Positions 1 to 7,798 of a stretch of DNA of 10,709 nt are shown piece after piece. This DNA is from Candidatus Acetothermia bacterium. Its GTDB lineage: Bacteria; Bipolaricaulota; Bipolaricaulia; M55B111. The notes under the pieces are model-generated. The model saw only the letters and a program-made list of their open reading frames with translations, was not told the DNA's origin and did no database searches. Location of the stretch: assembly GCA_046543235.1 (NCBI GenBank), contig JBKGZT010000048.1, positions 1 to 10,709 of the forward strand, written 5' to 3'. The translations under genes and the position numbers were made by a program. Positions within the stretch are counted from its first letter, which is position 1, and each line of letters opens with the position of its first letter.

Positions 1-22
1 GAGAGAATTGAGTTTACTGGTC

Positions 23-427
23 TTACTGGCGCTTGTTTTTCCGATACCTGAATTTGAACACGATTAGCAGGCCAATCCCTGTACCGACCACATTTGCCAG
101 CCAGTCCAGACCGGAGGCGGTCCTGTAAGCGATAAAAAGCTGCGAGAACTCCGTAATGCTTCCGTATAGGATCGCGATTACGGCGACGAAGACGCCTGCT
201 CTTTCAACTTTTTCGTATCTTTCCACGGTCGGGAGACCGATCAAAACGAAGAGCGCGAACTCGCCGGCGTGTGCCAGTTTGTCCATTCCGGGTATCCCAA
301 TGACGGGGGTACCTTCCCCCAGCGGACGGATGGACATATAGAAAACCAATCCAGTGTAGAAGAGAAAGAAAGTGGTCCATAACGCCTTGGACAGGGTTTT
401 CAGTCGCCTCGTCGGCTCCGTTTTCAT
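23..427 (-). CDS. VanZ family membrane protein
   Basis: Hydrophobic segments plus the VanZ-like motifs 'DKLAHAGEF', 'EFSQLFIAYRTAS..DWLANVVG'. Start moved from 454 to ATG at 427, which follows an AGAGGGG SD-like sequence and lies just after the upstream gene's TAA (430-432). Confidence 0.85.
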   Translation of the reverse strand: MKTEPTRRLKTLSKALWTTFFLFYTGLVFYMSIRPLGEGTPVIGIPGMDKLAHAGEFALFVLIGLPTVERYEKVERAGVFVAVIAILYGSITEFSQLFIAYRTASGLDWLANVVGTGIGLLIVFKFRYRKNKRQ

Positions 428-429
428 CC

Positions 430-1176
430 TTAACCCCTCTCGTGGTAGCCGCATTCAGGACAGTGTCGTTCTGACTCTCCAGCTCCGAAATTAACGGTTT
501 CGAGCCTGCTGCCGCAGCGAGGGCAACGATGCCTAGCCTCCCAGATAATAACAGCTGTTATCAAGACAAGTCCACCGGAAATCCCTGCTACTAAAAGAAC
601 GAGAGTGGGGGAAGACTCCCCCTTTTCCTCTTCGTTCGAAACCTCCTCGCCCGGGAAGGCTTCCTGGTGAATCAGGTTTACGGACTCCAGGGTGGCTTCT
701 CTCACGTCACCGTTCTCCGTGGTTTTCCTGACGGAATCCTGGTAGGCCCTGAGATCGCCGGAGGAAAATAGACCGGTAATCGATTGACGGAGAAATGTCT
801 TTACTCCCCAGCCGTCATCTTCTTCGACGAACACTATCAGGCTCTCGTTTTTCTTCTCCCTAATCCCCCATTCTCTCCTGATCTCGCTGGCGTAGGCTCC
901 AGGTTCGGAGTAAGGGTCGTGTCGGGATATCAGGACCGTCAATCCTATTCCCTCTTCTTCCAGCTCTTGTATTTTTCCTTCCAGGCTCCGCTGGTCCTCC
1001 ATGGTGAGAACGTTGGCGTAGTCGTTCAACCTGCCGATTCTTTTTGGAAGGGTGGAGGGTTCCGATCTGGCGGTGGGTGATGTGCCGGGGGATGAGGTCA
1101 AGATGAAGAGGGTTAGGCTGCAGACGAGGACCAGCCCGGATTTAACGTAAGTAGAGAATGCGCGAGCAGTTCTCAC
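430..1176 (-). CDS. TPM domain protein with N-terminal signal/anchor, C-terminal TM helix and C4 zinc ribbon
   Basis: 'GRLNDYANVLT..DQRSLE..IQELEE..GIGLTVL' and 'IRREWGI' match the TPM (TLP18.3/Psb32/MOLO-1) pattern. A TM segment 'LVLLVAGISGGLVLITAVIIW' is followed by CPRC...CPEC. The GTG start at 1176 overlaps the upstream gene by 35 nt and is uncertain. Confidence 0.75.
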   Translation of the reverse strand: MRTARAFSTYVKSGLVLVCSLTLFILTSSPGTSPTARSEPSTLPKRIGRLNDYANVLTMEDQRSLEGKIQELEEEGIGLTVLISRHDPYSEPGAYASEIRREWGIREKKNESLIVFVEEDDGWGVKTFLRQSITGLFSSGDLRAYQDSVRKTTENGDVREATLESVNLIHQEAFPGEEVSNEEEKGESSPTLVLLVAGISGGLVLITAVIIWEARHRCPRCGSRLETVNFGAGESERHCPECGYHERG

Positions 1177-1843
1177 AGGTTACTATCCCCTGGTCGTTGC
1201 GGGCTTTCTTTACCGTGTTCTTACTTACTGACATCTGGCAGCCCTGGCAGACGCCGTTTTTCACCTGTACTACTGGTTTGCTGGTAGTGGACCTTAACCT
1301 ATCGTATTGCTCGTTCAACCTGTCCGGTAACTCGCCGCTGATCTCTTCTCGTTTCTCCTTTAGCTGGTTTAATTCCTCGATCTTCTCTCGTTTTTCCTCT
1401 TTCAGGTCCTGAATTTTGTCCTGTTTTTCTCCTATCCGTTCTCGTGCCCGAGTTTTTTGTTCCTTTCTTCGACTTTCCTTTCGGTCTATTTCCATCATGA
1501 CCTCAATTGCCTCGTCCTCTAGGTGCTCCATCCTCTCCGTAGAGTGTTCTATCTTTTCCTCCAGGGCCTCGGTTTCCTTGAAGCTAATGATCCCTTCGTC
1601 CAACCGCTTTTGGTATTCCGATATCTGCTCCTGGAGGTCGTCAACTTTCTCGTTCTTCTCCTCGCTCTCTTCTTTTAGTCTTTCCAGGCGCTTTTTTCTC
1701 TCTTCTTCCTTTTGGTTGACCTCGCTTATTTCGTCTTCTAATTTACCTATCCTCTTTTCCAATCTATCGATCCTTCGCTCGTGCTCGCGCCTAGCTTCGT
1801 CGACTTTCTGAAGTTCGAGCAGTCTTTCCACGTTCGAGTTCAA
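1142..1843 (-). CDS. Coiled-coil protein with C-terminal C4-type zinc ribbon (DUF164/zf-RING_7, CT398/HP0958-like)
   Basis: N-terminal 'LLELQKVD', a long E/K/R-rich coiled coil and C-terminal 'CQGCQM...IVTCENCSRILY'. TTG start overlaps the Nif3 TGA (TTGA), with GGAGG upstream. This family is a common Nif3 neighbour. Confidence 0.9.
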   Translation of the reverse strand: MNSNVERLLELQKVDEARREHERRIDRLEKRIGKLEDEISEVNQKEEERKKRLERLKEESEEKNEKVDDLQEQISEYQKRLDEGIISFKETEALEEKIEHSTERMEHLEDEAIEVMMEIDRKESRRKEQKTRARERIGEKQDKIQDLKEEKREKIEELNQLKEKREEISGELPDRLNEQYDRLRSTTSKPVVQVKNGVCQGCQMSVSKNTVKKARNDQGIVTCENCSRILYLR

Positions 1844-2961
1844 AGATCTATTGCCTCCCCGTAGAGGTCTATCTCCAGGTCTTCCGGGCTAAATTCCTCT
1901 CGCAGGAGTTCCTTCAGCCAGGGAATGAATACCTTCTCAGAATTATAGTGTCCGGCCTCCACTACGACCAGCCCGCGTTCCGATGCTTCCAGACGCTCGT
2001 GATAATCGAGCTCGCCGGTTACGAGCAGGTCAGCGCGGGAACTCGCCGCGGGTTTTACTGCGGATCCGCCAGCGCCGGGGGAAGCGGCGACCCAGGTAAC
2101 CTCTTCCGGCAGGTTTCCGGTGATTTTTAAGTCCTCCTCGTCCATGTTTAAACGGTTCCCCAGGAATTCCCTTATCTCGCCCGGGTTTTTGCTCCGGCCC
2201 CATCTACCGACCCTCCCCAGTCCGACTTCCGGGTCATTTCTTTGTATCTCTTCGATGGAGAAGCCGGGTTCTTCGTAAGGGTGAAGGCGCTTCAAGGTCG
2301 AAAGTACTTCGGGCCTCCGCTCCTTTTTAAGGAGGAACTCCAGCTTGATTTCGTCCGTTTCTTCAACACGTCCCGGCGTACCTCGGTCGGGATCAGCGGA
2401 TTCAGTCGGCGCGAAGAAACCCCGCGATTCCGTCCTGTAGTAACTGTTCCGGTAGTTTCCTACTTGTCCGGCGTCGGCCTTCAGCAGGCCTTTCTTTACC
2501 TTTTCCTCGTCGTCTTCCGGAACGAATACGGTCAATTTAAGCAGATTGGCGTCCGCTGGATTGGTTAGGGGGGTCAAATCGTTTAGCTGGAGCGTCTTTC
2601 CCAAACCGTGGGAAAGACCGCGGGCGGCTAGGTCAAAAGGGGTATGCACGGCGAGCAGTCCGATATCGTTTTTGAGTAAGGACTCGATCTTCCCTCCGGT
2701 CAGGCTGCCGAGGTCCAGTTTGTCCAGTTCCGAGAAGATCAGAGGATGGTGCGTGATAAGTAAGTCCGCCCCCTCTTTGACCCCTTTCTGGATGAGCTCG
2801 AGGGTAGGATCCAGCCCGATCATGATCTTTTCTATCGTTTCCCGGTCGAGGTCGACCTGAGGGCCGGAATTGTCCCAGTCGGATTCCAGGTATGGTGGTG
2901 CGAGGTTATCGAGAAAACTGTACAAAGCCCTCTGGCGAACCAGGAAAATCACCTCGCGCAT
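1840..2961 (-). CDS. Nif3-like dinuclear metal centre hexameric protein (YqfO/SA1388 type, with PII-like insert)
   Basis: Motifs 'WDNSG', 'LITHHPLIF', 'HTPFD', PII-like insert 'LKLTVFVP...AGQVGNY...HPYEEP' and 'AGHYNSEK'. The first ~378 aa of the listed 751-aa ORF are antisense shadow. The true start lies between 2961 and 2943. Confidence 0.92.
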   Translation of the reverse strand: MREVIFLVRQRALYSFLDNLAPPYLESDWDNSGPQVDLDRETIEKIMIGLDPTLELIQKGVKEGADLLITHHPLIFSELDKLDLGSLTGGKIESLLKNDIGLLAVHTPFDLAARGLSHGLGKTLQLNDLTPLTNPADANLLKLTVFVPEDDEEKVKKGLLKADAGQVGNYRNSYYRTESRGFFAPTESADPDRGTPGRVEETDEIKLEFLLKKERRPEVLSTLKRLHPYEEPGFSIEEIQRNDPEVGLGRVGRWGRSKNPGEIREFLGNRLNMDEEDLKITGNLPEEVTWVAASPGAGGSAVKPAASSRADLLVTGELDYHERLEASERGLVVVEAGHYNSEKVFIPWLKELLREEFSPEDLEIDLYGEAIDL

Positions 2962-2990
2962 AATATAATCACTTACCGGATAAATATCAA
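2962..2990 (-). promoter_or_regulatory. Putative sigma70-type promoter of the nif3 operon
   Basis: Minus strand TTGATA (2990-2985), 17-nt spacer, TATATT (2967-2962). Confidence 0.55.
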
Positions 2991-3036
2991 CGGGGAGGGC
3001 AGACACAAACCGAGGGAAATGATTTTTGAAGGTTGC

Positions 3037-3065
3037 TTGGTAAATACGCCGGGAGGGTTTATAAT
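3037..3065 (+). promoter_or_regulatory. Putative sigma70-type promoter of the GH130 gene
   Basis: TTGGTA (3037-3042), 17-nt spacer, TATAAT (3060-3065). A GAGGT SD precedes ATG 3100. Confidence 0.6.
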
Positions 3066-3099
3066 TCAAAACAGCTATAAATAACACAGAGAGGTAAAA

Positions 3100-4041
3100 A
3101 TGACAGAAAACAAACAGAACAACCCGAGAGAACTTTTCAGCAGGCACGTTTATAACCCGATATTGAAACCCGAGGAGTGGCCGTACGTGGTTAACTCCGT
3201 CTTTAACCCGGGAGCAACCCAGTTGGACGACGAGACACTGCTCCTCTGCAGGGTGGAGGATTGCCGGGGATTTTCCCATCTGACCGTTGCTCGCAGCGAG
3301 GATGGGAAAACCGGGTGGAAAGTCGATTCCAGCCCGACCCTGGCCAGATCGGAAGAATACCACGAAGAACAGTGGGGTCTGGAGGATCCCAGGATAGTCT
3401 GGTTTGAACCTTACGAGAAATACGCTATCACCTATACCTCTTTCTCGCCGGCGGGTCCCCAGATATCGCTCGCCTTTACCGAGGATTTCGAGAGCTTCGA
3501 TAGGCGGGGTGTTTTGTTGCCCCCCGAGGACAAGGACGCATCCCTCTTCCCCCGAAAGTTTGGCGACCGTTACGTGTTGATTCATCGCCCGATCGTCAGG
3601 GGAGAACAGCACGTATGGATATCCTTCTCTCCGGATCTGGTCCACTGGGGAGACCATGAAATATTGCTCACCAGACGGAGCGGATGGTGGGACGATGCAA
3701 AGGTCGGTCTCGGTCCTCAGCCGATAGAAACTTCCGAGGGCTGGCTGATGCTTTACCACGGAGTCAGGGAAACGGCCTCCGGTAGCCTTTATCGGGTTGG
3801 TATCGCCCTGCTGGACCACGACGATCCGACCAAGGTGATAAGAAGGTGTGATCCCTGGGTCATGGGGCCGAGGGAGGACTACGAGTACCGGGGCGACGTT
3901 CCCGGTGTCGTATTTCCGACCGGTGCGGTAGTCGACGAATCCACGGGTGAGCTGAGGATCTATTACGGCGCAGCGGATTCTTCGATCGGAATGGCTTCGG
4001 CCCAGCTTGATGAGGTGCTGGCTTACATGGGGAGTTGTTAG
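3100..4041 (+). CDS. Glycoside hydrolase family 130 protein, probable beta-mannoside phosphorylase
   Basis: GH130 motifs 'NPILKP', 'VFNPGA', 'GLEDPRI', 'DKDASLFP', 'HRP', 'KVGLGPQP', 'WLMLYHGV', 'GDVPGVVFPTG' and 'IYYGAAD'. Confidence 0.92.
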   Translation: MTENKQNNPRELFSRHVYNPILKPEEWPYVVNSVFNPGATQLDDETLLLCRVEDCRGFSHLTVARSEDGKTGWKVDSSPTLARSEEYHEEQWGLEDPRIVWFEPYEKYAITYTSFSPAGPQISLAFTEDFESFDRRGVLLPPEDKDASLFPRKFGDRYVLIHRPIVRGEQHVWISFSPDLVHWGDHEILLTRRSGWWDDAKVGLGPQPIETSEGWLMLYHGVRETASGSLYRVGIALLDHDDPTKVIRRCDPWVMGPREDYEYRGDVPGVVFPTGAVVDESTGELRIYYGAADSSIGMASAQLDEVLAYMGSC

Positions 4042-4174
4042 AAGGAAACGGCTCGTTATAGACCGAATTATTATTGCTTGGTTGCCTGGATCCATGGGTG
4101 ATACAAGGAAGTAGTGCTCGTATCTTTATGGCACTAGAAGCTTTAACGTGCTCGATCATCAGGGGGTTGATAGA

Positions 4175-6502
4175 GTGACCAAAGAAGGAAGAGGCAAGGT
4201 GCCCGTGACTTACCTTGCGACGTATCCGCCGAGAAAGTGCGGTATCGGCACTTTTACCCACGATCTGGCCGAAAACGTCTCGAAACACTACGGCGAGGAA
4301 CTGTCCGCCAGGGGCAACGTCAGTATTGCGGCTCTTAACGACCAGCCCGAAGGCTACAATTACGATCCCGAAGTGGGATTTGAGATAAATTCAAATAACA
4401 AGCTGGACTACCGCAAGGCCGCCGATTACGTAAATCTTTCCGACACGAAAGTAGTCAATATCCAGCACGAGTTTGGCATCTTCGGCGGTGAAGATGGGGA
4501 CAACCTGTTGCCGTTCCTGGAAAACATCAGGAAGCCGGTGGTCTCTACCCTCCATACTATCCTCAAGAGCCCCTCGGATCACCAGAAGGAAGTGCTGATT
4601 GAAGTGTGCGAAGAATCGACCGAGGTCGTGGTTCTGGCAGATAAGGGGAAGGAATTACTGGAGTCCGTCTACGGAATTTCTCCGGAAAACGTTACGATGA
4701 TTCCTCACGGGGCTCCCGACGTCCCTTTTCTGGATACCTCTTATTACAAGGAGGATTACGGCGTTCAGGGACGCCCGGTCATTCTCACTTTTGGTTTGCT
4801 TGGACCGAATAAGGGTATAGAAATAGCCATCGAGGCGATGGAAAAGGTGGCCGAACGATTTCCCGAAGCCTTATACATAATCCTTGGCGCGACCCATCCC
4901 CACGTGAAGGAAAAGCACGGGGAGGAGTACAGGCTGAACCTGGAGAGGATGGTCAAACAGCGGGGCCTCGGTAACAACGTGGCTTTTCACGAGATGTTCG
5001 TCCCTCTGGACGAGCTGATCAAGTACCTCGTTACGAGCGACATCTACCTTACGCCTTATCTTTCCCGCGAGCAGATATCCTCCGGCACCCTGGCGTACGC
5101 GGTGGCACTTGGCAACGCCGTCGTTTCCACCCCCTACTGGTACGCCGAAGAGTTGCTGGCCGAAGGTCGGGGAGAGCTGGTCCCCTTTGAGGACCCCGAA
5201 GCAACCGCTGACGCGATCAACGAGCTGCTGGCGGATGAGGAGAAGAGACAGCGGATGAGGCGCAGGGCCTACCAGTTCGGCAGGGGCATGATCTGGCATT
5301 CCGTAGCGGGTGATTACCGGAGGACCTATGAGCGGGCCCTTGAGAAATATCAGGAATCCCCTTCGGCATCAGCCAGTGGCCAGGTAGATCCAAGCGATAA
5401 CCTACCCGACCTGCCCGAAGTGAAGCTGGATCACCTGAAGACGTTGACCGACGACACGGGGATTATGCAGCACGCATCTTATACGGTTCCCCGGAGGAAG
5501 TTCGGATATACTACCGATGATAACGCGAGAGCTGCCATAGTGGCCCTGAACCAGTGGGAGATATTCGGAGATAAGTCGGCACTGGGACTCTTGAAGATAT
5601 ATCTTTCCTTCCTCGATTTGGCGCTTGAATCCGGCGGGAGGGAGGCAAATAACTTCATGACTTTCGACAGGCAATGGAGGGATAGCGGCAAGAACGAGGA
5701 CCCGCACGGAAGGCTGCTCTGGGCTCTCGGCAGGCTGGTCGCGGAAAGCCCTAACGAGGCTTTGGCGAGTTACGGACACGATTTGTTCAACCGGGCAATA
5801 GAAGGCTTGGAACAGTATACCTCTCCCAGAGCCTGGGCCTTCTCGGTTCTTGGAGTCCGGGAATACCTGAGCAAGTTTGGGGGGGAAAGGAACAGGAAGA
5901 TGGTAGGGCAAGGCCTGGCGGACAGGATCCTTCGGAATATGAAGGAAAACTCCGATGGAGAATGGATATGGCCTGAGGATAGCGTTACTTACGAGAACGC
6001 CCGGATTCCCCAGGCTTTGATCGGCTGGGGACAGCTAACGGAAGACGAGGAGATGAAGGAGTGGGGGCTTAAAAGTCTCCGCTGGTTGATAGATCAGCAG
6101 ATGAATTCAGAGGAAGAATACTTATCCCTGATCGGAAGCAACGGGTGGTTGACCAGGGACGGGGAAAGAGCGAGGTTCGACCAGCAACCAGTGGAGATCG
6201 CTGCCCTAATTGACGCCTGCTGGGAGGCCTATAAGGCCACTGAGGATTCGTATTACCTGGATATCATATACCTGGGGTTCAACTGGTTTCTCGGCAGAAA
6301 CGATCTCGGGATTCCGCTTTACGACTTCCGAACAGGTGGCTGTAAGGACGGTCTCCACCCGTCACGGGTAAATCAGAACGAAGGTGCAGAGTCCCTGGTT
6401 TCATGGCTTTTGTCCCTGCAGCGGATGTACATGTTGATGGGGGAGTTCAGGGGACGAAATTCGGAGACCATTCCGAATCAACTCCGGAACAAAGAACGAT
6501 AG
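4175..6502 (+). CDS. GT4 family glycosyltransferase fused to a C-terminal helical (probable six-hairpin glycosidase-like) domain
   Basis: GT-B motifs 'TYPPRKCGIGTFT', 'IQHEFGIFGG', 'TLHT', 'IPHG', 'TFGLLGPNKG' and 'EQISSGTLAYA'. After an S/P-rich linker comes a domain with 'DDTGIMQHA', 'YTTDDNARA', 'FDQQPVE' and 'NQNEGAES'. GTG 4175 is preferred over 4148 because AGGGGG lies at 4161-4166. Confidence 0.88.
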   Translation: MTKEGRGKVPVTYLATYPPRKCGIGTFTHDLAENVSKHYGEELSARGNVSIAALNDQPEGYNYDPEVGFEINSNNKLDYRKAADYVNLSDTKVVNIQHEFGIFGGEDGDNLLPFLENIRKPVVSTLHTILKSPSDHQKEVLIEVCEESTEVVVLADKGKELLESVYGISPENVTMIPHGAPDVPFLDTSYYKEDYGVQGRPVILTFGLLGPNKGIEIAIEAMEKVAERFPEALYIILGATHPHVKEKHGEEYRLNLERMVKQRGLGNNVAFHEMFVPLDELIKYLVTSDIYLTPYLSREQISSGTLAYAVALGNAVVSTPYWYAEELLAEGRGELVPFEDPEATADAINELLADEEKRQRMRRRAYQFGRGMIWHSVAGDYRRTYERALEKYQESPSASASGQVDPSDNLPDLPEVKLDHLKTLTDDTGIMQHASYTVPRRKFGYTTDDNARAAIVALNQWEIFGDKSALGLLKIYLSFLDLALESGGREANNFMTFDRQWRDSGKNEDPHGRLLWALGRLVAESPNEALASYGHDLFNRAIEGLEQYTSPRAWAFSVLGVREYLSKFGGERNRKMVGQGLADRILRNMKENSDGEWIWPEDSVTYENARIPQALIGWGQLTEDEEMKEWGLKSLRWLIDQQMNSEEEYLSLIGSNGWLTRDGERARFDQQPVEIAALIDACWEAYKATEDSYYLDIIYLGFNWFLGRNDLGIPLYDFRTGGCKDGLHPSRVNQNEGAESLVSWLLSLQRMYMLMGEFRGRNSETIPNQLRNKER

Positions 6503-6550
6503 GTTGGTTGATTTCGTATATATCGAAAGTCAAACCTAAAGAGGTGAAGC

Positions 6551-7765
6551 ATGAACCGGTTCTTGAAGTCACGATGGTCGGGGGCAGTTTTAGCCTTCCT
6601 CCTTATCCTGTTGGTTTTCCTCTCCCCTGCGGGAGCTTCCGAGGTGCCGGATGGCGAGACCGGCTCCTGGGGCCCTTACTTAACGCTGGTTGACGGTCCT
6701 ACGCCGGTCGTAAACTGGAGAACGGAGCGAGAGGTAGTCGGTCGTGTGGAATACGGACGCCTGGAGCGCTACCTTGAGACGGGAAATTTGGGTAAAACCA
6801 TCGAGGAGGAAGACGGGGCCGGTAATTTCCATCATCTCCGGCTTGAAGGGCTTTCTCCCGGAAAGGAGTACGCGTATCGGGTAAGTCCCGGTAAAGAAGG
6901 GGTATTCCGTTTCAAGAGCCCTCGGGAAGAGGCGGAGGATTTCGACTTCCTGGTATACGGTGACACCCAGACCTGTCCGATCAGGCACAGGCTGGTGGCC
7001 TCGGAGATGGCGGAGGATTCGACCGACCCGACCTTCGTTCTGCACTCCGGGGACCTGGTTAAAAGCCCGATAGACTCGCGCTGGAGCGACTTCTTCTGGG
7101 CGAACGCGCCTTTTAGTACCTCTACGCCATTGATGCCCGCCCTGGGAAACCACGAGAACGACGACGATAGTTACTACAAGGCCTTCGCGCTGCCGGAAGG
7201 GGGCGGGAGATACGGCAAGGAATGGTATTCCTTCGAATACGGCCCGGTAAAATTCATAATTCTGGATTCGAACGCCGGGCAGATTGGCCTGAAAAGGTTC
7301 TCCGAAGAAAAGGCCTGGCTGGAAGAAGAGTTGAAGAACCAGACCAGACCGGGTACCGTGGTCGTCTTCCATCACCCGATGTATTCGTCCGTCTACTCGA
7401 CGGGCGTGGATTCCGGTTTAGAGAAAAGCTGGGGATCGCTCTTCGAGAAGTACGGGGTGGACCTGGTATTAAGCGGCCACATGCATTCTTACGAGAGGAT
7501 AGAGAAAAGCGGAACAACTTACGTAGTAGCCGGGGGTGGCGGTGGACCAAGTGGTTACCTGGAAGGTCAGTTCGACTTTTCTAGAAAGACGCGCGGAAAT
7601 TCTCTGCACTACCTGCGGGCCAGGGTGGAAGACGAGGAAATAAAACTCCAGGCGGTGGAAGTTGCCTCAGTGGGATACGTGGAGGGCATCGAGGACTCGC
7701 CCTGCAGCTTTGACCTTTCCCTGACGCGGTCGGTCTTCGACGAGGTGACCGTGGACCTGGACTGA
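6551..7765 (+). CDS. Secreted purple-acid-phosphatase-like metallophosphoesterase with N-terminal FN3-like domain
   Basis: Signal peptide (MNRFLKSR..hydrophobic..AGA), FN3-like 'HHLRLEGLSPGKEYAYRV', and calcineurin-like motifs GD, GDLV, GNHE, HHP, GHMHSYER. GAGGTG SD upstream. Confidence 0.9.
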   Translation: MNRFLKSRWSGAVLAFLLILLVFLSPAGASEVPDGETGSWGPYLTLVDGPTPVVNWRTEREVVGRVEYGRLERYLETGNLGKTIEEEDGAGNFHHLRLEGLSPGKEYAYRVSPGKEGVFRFKSPREEAEDFDFLVYGDTQTCPIRHRLVASEMAEDSTDPTFVLHSGDLVKSPIDSRWSDFFWANAPFSTSTPLMPALGNHENDDDSYYKAFALPEGGGRYGKEWYSFEYGPVKFIILDSNAGQIGLKRFSEEKAWLEEELKNQTRPGTVVVFHHPMYSSVYSTGVDSGLEKSWGSLFEKYGVDLVLSGHMHSYERIEKSGTTYVVAGGGGGPSGYLEGQFDFSRKTRGNSLHYLRARVEDEEIKLQAVEVASVGYVEGIEDSPCSFDLSLTRSVFDEVTVDLD

Positions 7766-7772
7766 TTTGTTT

Positions 7773-7797
7773 CCCGAAGAGTTCAACCCTCTACGGG
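7773..7797. terminator. Imperfect hairpin between convergent genes, possible terminator
   Basis: CCCG-A-AGAG / CTCT-A-CGGG with a 7-nt loop. There is no downstream U-tract on either strand, so it is not a canonical intrinsic terminator. Confidence 0.25.
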
Positions 7798-7798
7798 C

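Noticed and set aside
2962..4095. 378-aa N-terminal extension of Nif3 (the 751-aa ORF)
   Set aside because: It is in exact codon register antisense to the GH130 gene, has no recognisable motifs, and a promoter and SD lie at the normal Nif3 start.
4129..4143. Sigma54 promoter (TGGCAC)
   Set aside because: The GC is 2 nt too close to the GG for the strict -24/-12 spacing.
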